From Nitrosopumilus sp. (GTDB lineage Archaea > Thermoproteota > Nitrososphaeria > Nitrososphaerales > Nitrosopumilaceae): 64,000 bases of DNA. Below, piece by piece: positions 1-9,709 of this stretch (within the stretch, counting starts at the first letter, position 1; the number at the start of each line of letters is the position of its first letter). The stretch spans positions 1,760,001-1,824,000 of the forward strand of contig OZ244651.1 in NCBI GenBank assembly GCA_965218695.1. The letters run 5' to 3'. The position numbers were made by a program, and so were the translations under genes. The notes under the pieces are model-generated. The model saw only the letters and a program-made list of their open reading frames with translations. It searched no databases and was not told where the DNA came from.

Positions 1-3
1 AGG

Positions 4-411
4 ATGGAGGCGCTCAACAACGGATACGACGAGGCAGTAATGCTAAACCTGCACGGAAAGGTCGTAGAGTGCAGCGTGGAGAACATCTTTATCGTAAAGG
101 ACTCTGTCATACTGACGCCGCCGCTTTCTGCAGGAGGGCTAAACGGCATAACAAGGAACAGCCTGCTCCAGATCGTCGAAGGGGACGGCGGGAAGATACA
201 GGAGAGGGATCTTGACAGGGACGACTTGTATGATGCAGACGAGATATTCATGACGGGCACCGCAGCCGAGGTAAAGTCAGTCACCCAGGTTGACGAGGTA
301 ACGATAGGGGACGGAGAGGTTGGGGAGACCACCAAGAGACTGCAGGGACTGTTTACGGATGCCGTAATGGGCAGGAACCAGAAGTTCCGCTCGTGGCTGA
401 GATTTATCTGA
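4..411 (+). CDS. ilvE: Branched-chain amino acid aminotransferase (class IV PLP), C-terminal part; gene runs off the left edge
   Basis: GYDEAVMLN, ECSVENIF, LNGITR and ADEIFMTGTAAEV motifs typical of IlvE. Confidence 0.9.
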   Translation: MEALNNGYDEAVMLNLHGKVVECSVENIFIVKDSVILTPPLSAGGLNGITRNSLLQIVEGDGGKIQERDLDRDDLYDADEIFMTGTAAEVKSVTQVDEVTIGDGEVGETTKRLQGLFTDAVMGRNQKFRSWLRFI

Positions 412-452
412 CCGGCGATCTTTTTTATTCACAGATTCCCACACAGGATATC

Positions 453-632
453 ATGGATTCGTGTACGCCTGGCGACGCCGAAGAGATCTGCTGGTTCTGC
501 AGGAAGGGACGCCATAACGACTGCATGGGAGAGATTCCGACGCAGGAGAGATCAGACGGGCCGCACGACTGCGCCTTTGGGACCAGCATGGTTCCGTGCA
601 AGTGTGACGTGTGCGTGCAGCCTGCGCCATGA
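453..632 (+). CDS. Small Cys/His-rich putative metal-binding protein (59 aa)
   Basis: MDSCTPG..CWFC...HNDC...HDC...CKCDVC; ATG at 453 avoids overlap with ilvE. Confidence 0.55.
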   Translation: MDSCTPGDAEEICWFCRKGRHNDCMGEIPTQERSDGPHDCAFGTSMVPCKCDVCVQPAP

Positions 633-850
633 ATGCAGAAGAGATCTCCTAGCTTGATTCACGTTGGATTCTGTCCGTGGGATGTTTTCCGGAATCGACA
701 CCACCAACCAGGTACCGTTACCAAGACATCAGGCGGCTAAGCGGTTGTTTTGGTGTTTTTGCAGGAGAGGCGCGATGGATCTGGTCTTTTTATCGACGGG
801 TACGGCAGCGGCGGCAGGATTGACGGTTCCGAGATCAACCATCCATCAGT

Positions 851-1573
851 CTAGCATCCATGCTCCTCTTTCAGATATGAAAACGAGTCGTTGATCTTGG
901 CCATGATTCGGTTTGATCTCTTTTTTTCCGGTGCGGATTTGTGGATGATTCCCTTTGAGGCGTCATACTTTTTTGCCAACTCCCTGTACCTTGTCTTGAT
1001 CTCATGGCATGTGGCATTCTTTGATATGCCGAATATTTCGTGTGGGGTTTTGGCACGCAGAATTCTCTCAGCCTCGGTCAGCAGCTGTTCTGCTGGCCTT
1101 TTCGGGGGCGTGGTCTGCTGCTGCTGCCGCCGCCGCCCCTTCGGCACAGAACCGTAATCATTTCCAGGAATACTGCCAAACCGGTTGTGGGAATCACGCA
1201 GTATTCTGGCTGCTTCATCCAGAATGTCATACGGTATCCCTTCAAAGGTGTCGTCATCAAAATATGACTGGGATGTTTCTTTCTTGGTCTTTTGTCCTGC
1301 TGTCTGGCTGGTCTTCTGATCTTTTTTCTGATCTTTTTTCTGGCTGGTCTTCTGATCTTTTTTCTGATCTTTTTTCTGGCTGGTCTTCTGGCTGGTCTTC
1401 TGTTGGGAACCGTACTGCCCCTCATGCAGGTTATGTCTAATGCCCATCCTGTTCATTGCGCACCTAGAATCATCACAGGGATTGGTCACAGGCGTGTTCT
1501 CAATGATGTGATGTGGTTCATGGTATATTCCCTGCCTGTTTAGCGGACATTTTGGATCATCGCAGGTGGACAT
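851..1573 (-). CDS. J-domain-like protein with two N-terminal Cys/His repeats and a low-complexity QK linker
   Basis: C-terminal PHEIFGISKNATCHEIKTRYRELAKKY...MAKINDSFSYL matches the DnaJ J-domain pattern; likely start MSTCDD (ATG 1573). Confidence 0.75.
   Translation of the reverse strand: MSTCDDPKCPLNRQGIYHEPHHIIENTPVTNPCDDSRCAMNRMGIRHNLHEGQYGSQQKTSQKTSQKKDQKKDQKTSQKKDQKKDQKTSQTAGQKTKKETSQSYFDDDTFEGIPYDILDEAARILRDSHNRFGSIPGNDYGSVPKGRRRQQQQTTPPKRPAEQLLTEAERILRAKTPHEIFGISKNATCHEIKTRYRELAKKYDASKGIIHKSAPEKKRSNRIMAKINDSFSYLKEEHGC
1304..1399. repeat. In-frame 12-bp tandem repeat (units CTGGCTGGTCTT and CTGATCTTTTTT, order ABBABBAA)
   Basis: Read directly; encodes QKTS/QKKD repeats. Confidence 0.9.
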
Positions 1574-1742
1574 TACACAGTCTTGCCAGAACTCGGAAAT
1601 AGGTGTTATTGGGGGGTTATGGCGGCGGCATGATGAGGCACAGACCAAGTCATTCAGGTGCATTACCCAAAAACACGATACCGCGGATCTCCAAGCACTT
1701 GCAGCACACCCGGATACGCACTCGAACGATTAGCATCAAATA

Positions 1743-2318
1743 GTGCCCCATTCCATGGAACGCATGGAATACGACAAGGAGTTTTGGGATGCCTATGCAG
1801 AGGGCAACGAATCACGATACAACGAGGAGTTTGCAAAGTTTGTCAAAGACCTTGCAGGCTCGCTGCGCTGCACAAGCGTACTTGAGATCGGATGCGGCAC
1901 GGGAATAGATCTGAGATTATTTCCGGATACCTTCCAAGTCACGGGAATCGACTTGAATGATTCGGCCCTTGCAGTTGCAAGGGACAAGATGCCGGCTGCT
2001 GCCTTTGAGACGGGCTCCATTGCAGACCTGCCCCTTGAGGACTCTTCTGTGGACTTTGTCTTCACGCACCAGCTCCTGAACTACCTGAACGATGATACGC
2101 TGGAGAAGGGCGTAGCCGAGATGTACAGGGTGGCAAGAAGATACGTCATGAACTGCGAAAAGTACTCCCCCACAGAGGAACGGATTGATGACCACCACAG
2201 GTATCGCAACATGTTAGAGAGATGGATGAACTACAGGGTAAGGATGGTAAGCAACGTGGACATGCACGAGGATATTGACCCGGACAAGTCCAGGTTCACC
2301 CTGCTCAGAAAACTCTAG
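1743..2318 (+). CDS. Class I SAM-dependent methyltransferase
   Basis: VLEIGCGTG motif I, GIDLN, LPLEDSSVDFV. Confidence 0.9.
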   Translation: MPHSMERMEYDKEFWDAYAEGNESRYNEEFAKFVKDLAGSLRCTSVLEIGCGTGIDLRLFPDTFQVTGIDLNDSALAVARDKMPAAAFETGSIADLPLEDSSVDFVFTHQLLNYLNDDTLEKGVAEMYRVARRYVMNCEKYSPTEERIDDHHRYRNMLERWMNYRVRMVSNVDMHEDIDPDKSRFTLLRKL

Positions 2319-2381
2319 CGGTGCCTGCCACACCGGTGCCTGCCACACCAGGCAGGCATGCCCGGCACCCATGCAGCACGG

Positions 2382-3236
2382 CTATGCGTTGTGGGATATC
2401 TTTGAGGGCTCCCGGATCTGCACCTTTGATATCAGTCCCAGAGAGCGGCATGCAAGCGTCCCAAGAAGGAGGGCCACGGTAATCATCACTATGGTCCCGG
2501 ACGGGGCAATATCGAGATAGTACGAAAGGATGATTCCAAATACTGCAGAGAAGACTGACATTGATACGGATATTCCCACCGTCCTCTTGAATCCCATTCC
2601 AAACAGCATTGCAGTGATGTTTGGGATAACAATCAGTGCAGAGATCAGCAGTATTCCCACCAGCCGCATGGACGTCACCACCGTCACTGCTGCCAGCACC
2701 ACAAACAGATAGTTCAGAAGGGTCACGTTGAGGCCCGATATCCTTGCATGCTCCTCGTTAAACGAGATGTGCAGGAACGGCCTGCGAAACGCAAAGAGCA
2801 TAGCCACGATCCCCGCACTTATCGCGACAATCAGTATGACGTCAGAGGTGCCGACAAGCAGTATGCTCCCAAACAGAAAGCTGAACAGATCCACTGAGAA
2901 TCCTCCGGATGCGCTGGTCAGTATTACCCCAACTGCAAGACCCGACACAAGGACGACTGCGACTGCCGAATCGCCTGATATCTTTGTGCTGGAGCGCAGC
3001 TTCTGAAGTCCCAGGCCGCCAAGAATGGACACCACAAACGCACTCCACAGCGGAAACACTCCCAGGAACAGCCCCACGGATATCCCCCCAAATGCCACGT
3101 GGGCTATCCCGTCGCCAAACAGCGAGTATCTTCTCAGCACCAGAAAGATGCCCATGAGGGAACATGCGGCTGCTACTGCAACGCCTGCAAGGAGCGCCTT
3201 TTGCATGAACCCGTATGATAAAATCTCAAGTACCAT
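2382..3236 (-). CDS. znuB: Zn/Mn ABC transporter permease
   Basis: LRRYSLFGDGIAHVAFGG, LFSFLFGSIL, MRLVGILLISALIVIP. Confidence 0.92.
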   Translation of the reverse strand: MVLEILSYGFMQKALLAGVAVAAACSLMGIFLVLRRYSLFGDGIAHVAFGGISVGLFLGVFPLWSAFVVSILGGLGLQKLRSSTKISGDSAVAVVLVSGLAVGVILTSASGGFSVDLFSFLFGSILLVGTSDVILIVAISAGIVAMLFAFRRPFLHISFNEEHARISGLNVTLLNYLFVVLAAVTVVTSMRLVGILLISALIVIPNITAMLFGMGFKRTVGISVSMSVFSAVFGIILSYYLDIAPSGTIVMITVALLLGTLACRSLGLISKVQIREPSKISHNA

Positions 3237-3240
3237 GTCC

Positions 3241-4035
3241 CTAGTGTCCGTGCATGTGCGCCTGCATCGCAGACTCTGTGTACGTCTTTAGAATATTCTC
3301 GTCTGCAAAAAAAGCCTCCTTGTGGCCGTGAAAGAAGAGCTGCCGGTTCATGCATGCAACCTTGCTTGCATACTTTTCCATCGTGTCAAGATCGTGCGAG
3401 GACCATATTATGGTGGTTCCGTTCCGGTTAATCTCAGTCACCGCATCATAGAATCTTGTCTGGGATTCGACATCGACGCTTGTAACCGGCTCGTCAAGCA
3501 CCAGGATCAGCGGATCGTTTATCAGCGACGTCGCGATGAACACCCGCTGCTGCTCCCCGCCTGAGAGCTCCCCTATTCTGCGATGCCCAAGATGCCCCAG
3601 TCTGACAGTCTTTAGCACCTCTTCAACCCTAGAGTCGGTTCTGTCTATGTCCCGGTATGTATGGTTCCAGGAGTAGCCGTTGTCCCTTACCAGCTCTTCC
3701 CCCCTTGCCGCTCTCTTCTCGGATATGATTCCCATGGAGACGATATCATGCACGGTTGCAGGAAAGTTTGGCTCAAAGGCAACCTTCTGCGGCACGTACC
3801 CCACAAGTGGCAAAATCGACTGGAACTTGTCACGACCGTACCCGAAGACGTTTATGGTCCCGCTGTACGGCTGCAACCCAAAGATGGCGCGAAACATCGT
3901 GGTCTTTCCAGAACCGTTGGGCCCCACTATCCCCAGAAGATCCCCTACATCCACGTCAAAGTTGATGTCATCTACTGCCACATGCTCACCGTACGAGACG
4001 GTGAGATTCTGCACGTGAAGAATACTCATTGGCAT
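3241..4035 (-). CDS. znuC: Zn/Mn ABC transporter ATPase
   Basis: GPNGSGKT, LSGGEQQR, LVLDEP; His-rich C-terminus. Confidence 0.92.
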   Translation of the reverse strand: MPMSILHVQNLTVSYGEHVAVDDINFDVDVGDLLGIVGPNGSGKTTMFRAIFGLQPYSGTINVFGYGRDKFQSILPLVGYVPQKVAFEPNFPATVHDIVSMGIISEKRAARGEELVRDNGYSWNHTYRDIDRTDSRVEEVLKTVRLGHLGHRRIGELSGGEQQRVFIATSLINDPLILVLDEPVTSVDVESQTRFYDAVTEINRNGTTIIWSSHDLDTMEKYASKVACMNRQLFFHGHKEAFFADENILKTYTESAMQAHMHGH

Positions 4036-4982
4036 TCCAGCGCGCCTCGAAGCGACATTAGGTTCCTTTCCATCTTGTCAATAAACGTAATACCAGCTGT
4101 CGTCTCCTCGGGCGTGAGTGCCTCGATCGGACTCAGCACAAGGACGTCGGCGCCTGCCTCCTCTGCAATGGCCTCGGCAAGCCGGGGATCAACCAGATCC
4201 TCAGAGAAGATTATCCGGATGTCATTGTTTCTTACAAAGTCTATGAATTCTGCAATCTCGGTGGCAGACGCCTCGGTATCAGGCGCCTGTCCGCCCAGCG
4301 GGTTTATCTTTATTCCGTACCGCTCTCCAAAATATGCAAAGGCGCTATGGAACGGAACGATGGTGTCCTGCCGGCAGTCTGCCAGGCCCTCCCGAATCAG
4401 GACATCAAGTGAATCCAGCTGCGCGTTGTAGTCTGCGGCATTCTGGAAATAGTATGACTTGTTCTCGGGGTCTGCCAGAGCCAGTCCGTCCCGTATGTTA
4501 TTCACCTGCTGCTTTACAAGTATCGGATCCAGCCACACATGGGGATCAAAATCGCCATTGGCGTGGTCATCGTCATTGGCGTGGTCATCCTCTGCACCCA
4601 AAAGAGTAATGCCGTCTGATGCCTTGACAAACAGTATTCCGTCAAACTCGCCGGACTCGATTATGTTTGAGACATACGGCTCAATTCCAAGCCCGTTGTA
4701 GACAAATACGTCCGTATCCTCCAACAAGAGTATCTCGCTTGCCCTAGGCTCCCAGTCATGAGCCTCTGTCCCCGGGGGAATATACTGCTCTACGACGGCA
4801 CGGTCCCCTGCGACGTTTCTTGCAAACTCATAGTATGGAAAAAACGATGCAAGCACGCGAATCTTCTCGGACTCTTCGGTAACGGCATCATCCGATGCAG
4901 GCTGCTGCATGCCAAATGTTACTGCAAGTGCGACTGCAAGCACTGCTATGACGCCTATACCAACATAGCGTTTGTCCACCAT
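4026..4982 (-). CDS. znuA: Zn/Mn ABC transporter substrate-binding protein
   Basis: N-terminal anchor, EAHDWEP, DPHVWLDP, FHSAFAYF, acidic/His loop DDHANDDDHAN. Confidence 0.92.
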   Translation of the reverse strand: MVDKRYVGIGVIAVLAVALAVTFGMQQPASDDAVTEESEKIRVLASFFPYYEFARNVAGDRAVVEQYIPPGTEAHDWEPRASEILLLEDTDVFVYNGLGIEPYVSNIIESGEFDGILFVKASDGITLLGAEDDHANDDDHANGDFDPHVWLDPILVKQQVNNIRDGLALADPENKSYYFQNAADYNAQLDSLDVLIREGLADCRQDTIVPFHSAFAYFGERYGIKINPLGGQAPDTEASATEIAEFIDFVRNNDIRIIFSEDLVDPRLAEAIAEEAGADVLVLSPIEALTPEETTAGITFIDKMERNLMSLRGALECQ

Positions 4983-5003
4983 GTCCCATCTTTATTAACA
5001 CCA

Positions 5004-5112
5004 TATATAAGTTTAATAATTATTATTATAAATTCTATATTTTTAATCATTTATTGTCTGCTGTAAATATAAAAATTATTAAGATTATCTAGCAAGTTTA
5101 AATAATGATTAA
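5004..5112. promoter_or_regulatory. Divergent znuA / NikR-like promoter region with a 7-1-7 inverted repeat TAATAAT-T-ATTATTA (5014-5028)
   Basis: AT-rich intergenic region; minus-strand TTATATA box at ~5004-5010 next to the perfect 7-1-7 repeat. Confidence 0.5.
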
Positions 5113-5127
5113 CAAGAATACCAACAG

Positions 5128-5511
5128 ATGCCCGTAATCTCAATATCGCTAAACGACAAGATGCTAGACGAGCTTGACGGCCTTCAGGGATCCATGGGGT
5201 TTACGGGGCGCTCAGAGATCATCAGGGCCGGCATCAGGAGCTTCGTACAGGAGGAGAAGGAAAAGAGCGGCATAATCGGCATGCAGAGTGCCGTGTTGCT
5301 GGTGGTCCATCCCGACGAGTTCGATGATCAGGTTGCAAGGATAAAGCACAAGTACGAGGATCTGATACGGACACATCTGCACAGCAAGATAGACGGGGAC
5401 AGGTGCGTGGAGATGTTTCTGCTGGATGGGGACTCTGAAAGGATACACGAGGTAACGTACGGGTTTCAGACCGACAAAAGGATGGACACGGTAAAACTGG
5501 TGGCCCTGTGA
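5128..5511 (+). CDS. NikR/CopG-family ribbon-helix-helix metal-responsive regulator
   Basis: MPVISISL...GRSEIIRAGIR RHH domain; C-terminal HLH...C metal site (THLHSKIDGDRCVE). Confidence 0.88.
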   Translation: MPVISISLNDKMLDELDGLQGSMGFTGRSEIIRAGIRSFVQEEKEKSGIIGMQSAVLLVVHPDEFDDQVARIKHKYEDLIRTHLHSKIDGDRCVEMFLLDGDSERIHEVTYGFQTDKRMDTVKLVAL

Positions 5512-5754
5512 GGGTTTTGTCAAATTCAGGGTTGCCGTCACTGCCTGTAAATTTTCGGTTATTTGTAGAATTCCGTGAAATATCTCACAAAAAATATGGA
5601 TTCACGAAAGCATGCAGGGGGATTGGAAAAACGATTGATGACTGGCGAGAAACAAAAGAGAGGAAAACAATGAAAGGATGGATCAGACGGTTATATCGCC
5701 TGCAGGTGGGTTCTGGTTCGTTTTGGTGATCTGAACAATAAAACTGACTCGAAC

Positions 5755-6069
5755 CTATTTGGCCAATTTTTCAGCATTTTCATACCCTTTTAGAATCCAC
5801 TTCATGGCATCATCTGTTGTGGTTAGATCTGAATCAATTTCAATCCATCCCATCCTAGCACCGTGCGAAAATGGTTTGATTGCTTTTGATTTTATAGCAA
5901 TTTCCTGCTGATCTTTAGGAAGCCTAATGATGATTTCGTGGTTGTTTTTATTGCTGAATCCAACAAAAAATTTCTTTTTTATTGAAAAACATTGATAGCC
6001 GAACATGGGTCTGGTTGTTACATGCTTCATAGATTCAACCTTCTTTTTGATTGAGTCGTAACTATTCAA
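5755..6069 (-). CDS. TfoX N-terminal-like protein
   Basis: TTRPMFGYQCF...KFFVG...MGWIEI pattern; AT-rich relative to its neighbours. Confidence 0.6.
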   Translation of the reverse strand: MNSYDSIKKKVESMKHVTTRPMFGYQCFSIKKKFFVGFSNKNNHEIIIRLPKDQQEIAIKSKAIKPFSHGARMGWIEIDSDLTTTDDAMKWILKGYENAEKLAK

Positions 6070-6088
6070 TGATATTCTCCTTTGGTTT

Positions 6089-7388
6089 CAGTAGTCGGAA
6101 ATTTACCCTCTAAGCCATCCAACAGATGTTCGCAGACGTGTTAACATTTTTCGAGCATACGGATCTATTATCTACGGCGTCCTTGCCCACCCTAGTGTTT
6201 GCGCAAAAAGGTGGGCAGGTACACCGTAACAAGATCGGAGAAAGGATGCTTAATACCTTGTCAGGAATACTGTGGTCTGCACCCATAGGATTCCCTACTG
6301 GGAACAATGCCCAATACGGGGTGGGCGAGTTTGCAGCCATACTGATGAAGATGTCTGAATCCAACATAGCCTCCGAGGAGGCAATCAGGCTGCTCAAGCA
6401 TGCCAAAAAGAAGATGCCGTCACCCAAGTGGTTTCGCAACATGGTAAACTCGCTAGAATCAGACGGTGCAGACGAACTCTGCAGGGACATGCTCACACGC
6501 ACCGCAAGGCTTGCCAAGAATACGTGCCGGTACAAGGGAGGCGTACTGGTGGCAATAGACAAGCACCTGATACCAAGGCACGACAAGGACAACATGTCAC
6601 ACCTGATATGGTCCAAACCAAAGGGCGGTACAGGCAGGTTCGAGTGCTATGCGACAATGCACGTGGTAGCAGAGCAGGTTCCGGCCATTTTGGAGTGCAT
6701 GCAGGTCACGCGCAGCGTGGACAACGCCGATTTTGTGCGTAAATTCATGCAAAAACTCAGGGATTACAGGATACGGGCCCGGCTGCTGCTGATGGACCGC
6801 GAGTTTTACTCGACTGAGATAATCAGGCTTGTATCCGAACAAAGGCGCAAGTTCCTGATGCCGGCAGTCAAGAACGTGGGGATGAAGAGGGCGATACGGG
6901 AGCACCACGATAAATCACGCAGGGCAGTCTCACGGTACACCCTCAGAAACGCAGCAGGCCAGTCTGTTACATTCACGTTGATAATCACGCCCTCAAAAAA
7001 GATAGACGATCCTGATGCCGATGCCACGGAAAGATACCATGTCTTTGCCACCAACCTTTCCCCTGCCAGGGCGCTAGACGAGATTGAGACGCTTCCAGAG
7101 GAGTACAGGAGAAGGTGGGGGATAGAGACAGGATACAAGCAGGTAGAGCAGGTGCGTCCGAGGACGACAAGCCGCAATGCGTCGTTTAGGGCAATCATGT
7201 TTTACGTCTCGCTGTTCATGTACAACACGTGGGCAGTGGAGCAGTACCGTGCGGATTCGAGTTATGATCGGGTGACTCTGGCGCTTGTCGCATATGCTGC
7301 GGCCATGGCTGCATTGGAATTATGTAGGATTGTGGGTCAACCGTATGATGTCGGGGGACCTGCCTAAGGGGTAAATTTCCGACTACTG
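6089..7388 (+). mobile_element. ISH3-family insertion sequence, intact copy 1
   Basis: 20-bp TIR CAGTAGTCGGAAATTTACCC at both ends; flanks GGTTT / AGTAT. Confidence 0.88.
6126..7367 (+). CDS. ISH3-family DDE transposase
   Basis: VAIDKH, LMDREFY, YRRRWGIETGY (YREK-like) motifs. Confidence 0.88.
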   Translation: MFADVLTFFEHTDLLSTASLPTLVFAQKGGQVHRNKIGERMLNTLSGILWSAPIGFPTGNNAQYGVGEFAAILMKMSESNIASEEAIRLLKHAKKKMPSPKWFRNMVNSLESDGADELCRDMLTRTARLAKNTCRYKGGVLVAIDKHLIPRHDKDNMSHLIWSKPKGGTGRFECYATMHVVAEQVPAILECMQVTRSVDNADFVRKFMQKLRDYRIRARLLLMDREFYSTEIIRLVSEQRRKFLMPAVKNVGMKRAIREHHDKSRRAVSRYTLRNAAGQSVTFTLIITPSKKIDDPDADATERYHVFATNLSPARALDEIETLPEEYRRRWGIETGYKQVEQVRPRTTSRNASFRAIMFYVSLFMYNTWAVEQYRADSSYDRVTLALVAYAAAMAALELCRIVGQPYDVGGPA

Positions 7389-7389
7389 A

Positions 7390-9038
7390 GTATGGACTCA
7401 GGTCGCCAAACTGCGCTACGCTGCCACTGCGGGTGCAGAAACCTTCTGATATTGTTCGGGTGGCTTGAATATGCTCCAGCCAGGATCCATGATGATGTTC
7501 TCGACTGCTTGGCGTGGGAAGATGCCCTGCTTGTGGCAGGTGCGCGCCACTGATATCAGCACCGAGAAGACCTCCCGCCCCTCGGGTTCGGACAGCTGGT
7601 GCCGCACGTTCCTGTGCAGCACCGCAGTGTCGCGTATCTCCAACTCTGCTGCGTTGTTATGCGGCGGCATGCCCGGATGCCTGAGGAACGTGAACATGCA
7701 CGGGGCCGCGTTCTCAAGCGTCGTGCGGAAGTCGTGGGACTCCCCGTAGTCCGAGGCGATTTGGAGCACCGTCCTTTCCAGGTCCAGGCACTCGCCGGAT
7801 CCGGCAGACTCCCTGTCCTTGACTGACCGGTACAGGGCAAGCAGCCTGCGGTAGCAGGCAAGATCGTTGCCGCCGTTCTTGATGGCGTACTCTTCTGCGG
7901 CGCGCAGCAGGTGCACCCAGCACCTCTGCTTGACTGGGAACATGTTGTAGACGGTGTACCCATCCACCACCACCGGCTTGCCAAGCAGCCGGGCAAAATG
8001 CGCGTTTATCACCAGGGCCGCCCTGCTCGGGGCGGCCACCAGATACGTGGCGTCCCCGGTGGTGACCAGCCACACGTACCCCTTCTTCCCGTTCATCTTC
8101 ATGTGGGACTCGTCAAACTGCACGAACGCGGCCTCGGCGATGTGGGCCAGTATGCCCTCGTACGCGCCCTTGAGGATCTTTTTGAGGGCCTTGCGCGCGT
8201 TCCATATGGCGTTTGGCGATATGCCAAACCCGTACAGCGCCTTGAAATAGTATGATACGGTATAGTCCGTGCTCCTCTTGTCGTAGTACTCCTCCACAAA
8301 CCCCAGGGCCTTGGGGCCAAGCGACGTGCCGGGGATCGTGGGAGGCACGGCAGAGCTGACGTGATTGCACCTCTTGCACAACCCCTGTCCCACCAGGTAC
8401 GCGACGCGCTCGATCCTCATGGCACCGTCGTCGGGAAAATCATACACCATCTTGACAATGGACGGCATCCGGACCAGGTGTCCGCGTCCGCACTTTTCGC
8501 ACCTGCACACTGGCAGACTCTCGGTCCTCTCGGCCCTGTTCTTGTGCGAGGCGCCGGCGTGTCCTGCCGGCGGTCCCTTGCGGGTCTTGTCTCCGGCGCC
8601 TTCGCCTTCTGATTCAGGTCCGCCTTCCGATTAGGACTTTTCTCCTTCCTTGGGCCCGCTGCCATCGGACTCCGTCTTGGCCTCCATGTCCATCCGCTTC
8701 CTGAATGCCGTGCGGTCCGAGTTGTACAACGAATATGTGGACGAGGACATGTTGGGGTTCTCGTACTTGCGGAGCCTCCTGCGGTATCCTGCATTCTCCA
8801 GGGTCAGGCGGTCGTTTTCAATCTCGAGCAGCGTCACCTTCTTGGTGAGTTCGGCATTTGTCTTGTACATCGTTTTCTTAAACTTCTCGAACTCCGTCAC
8901 TACCCTTGCCAGCTCCCTGCGCAGGAGCGATATCTCTGATTTGCTCACGTGGGTTCGCGGATTCCGAGATCAATAAATCGGCATGGTCTAATTTGATGCA
9001 CAAGCGATTAAAATCTAGGCACGGACCTGAGTCCATAC
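7390..9038 (-). mobile_element. IS66-family single-ORF element A
   Basis: 15-bp TIR GTATGGACTCAGGTC at 7390-7404 and 9024-9038; no matching TSD seen. Confidence 0.85.
7416..8948 (-). pseudogene. IS66-family transposase with one in-frame TAA at 8631-8633
   Basis: ORFs 8631-8948 and 7416-8510 share a frame; QFDES, VVDGY, QRCWVHLLR, PPHNNAAE motifs. Confidence 0.85.
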
Positions 9039-9182
9039 CTTTGGAGTACCTTGAGGGACAGGGGCTGCTGGATTAGGAATCCCGGCGCGCGGGCGTCCGT
9101 GTCATCTTTGCCGCACTGGGGACGCCGCGGGGACTCGGCCAGTGAAGGTGCCGTGGAACCTAAAAAAGGTAACATTACAGGC

Positions 9183-9205
9183 CGAATCCCTCTAGACCCG
9201 CTACC
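9183..9205 (+). other. Distal att site: 23-bp copy of the tRNA-Lys 3' end (CGAATCCCTCTAGACCCGCTACC)
   Basis: Exact reverse complement of 51191-51213. Confidence 0.9.
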
Positions 9206-9709
9206 AATGTACACATCGGGTGTTCTGCCAATCATCCAAAGCGCCATGAATCAATAATCCAAGATCAGAGAAGGCACGAGGCATGATTCGCCATAACGAC
9301 ACCGGTTGGGAACAGTTCGGTTTTGGTGTACTGGGCAAGCCTGTCGGTTGGGTGGTTGGCATCTCGGTGATGCCATTGCACAATTACGTGATAACTAGCG
9401 CGCCACACGCAACCCAAACATCATATTTTTAACGTTCAAAAATAAGACCCATGCAGATTTGACTACCGACTCTGGCGTATTGGACTATTTTGAGGGAACC
9501 GTGAGGGAATTTATAGTACGCACGCTCTCGGGCACAAACAACTGGTGGAAGTCCTGCATCCCGCAGGAGATAAGAAATAATGCAGACAAGAGGCACGGGG
9601 ATGAAAAAAAGATGGCCGACGTGCTAAACAAGCCCGTATACGAGGCGTGGCATTACGTTAATTTTGATGGTTACGGAAAGAGTAAGTGTTCACGTGGTTT
9701 AACTCATTT

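Noticed and set aside
1304-1399. Possible CRISPR-like repeats in the J-domain gene and in the IS5 transposases
   Set aside because: Contiguous in-frame tandem repeats with no spacers
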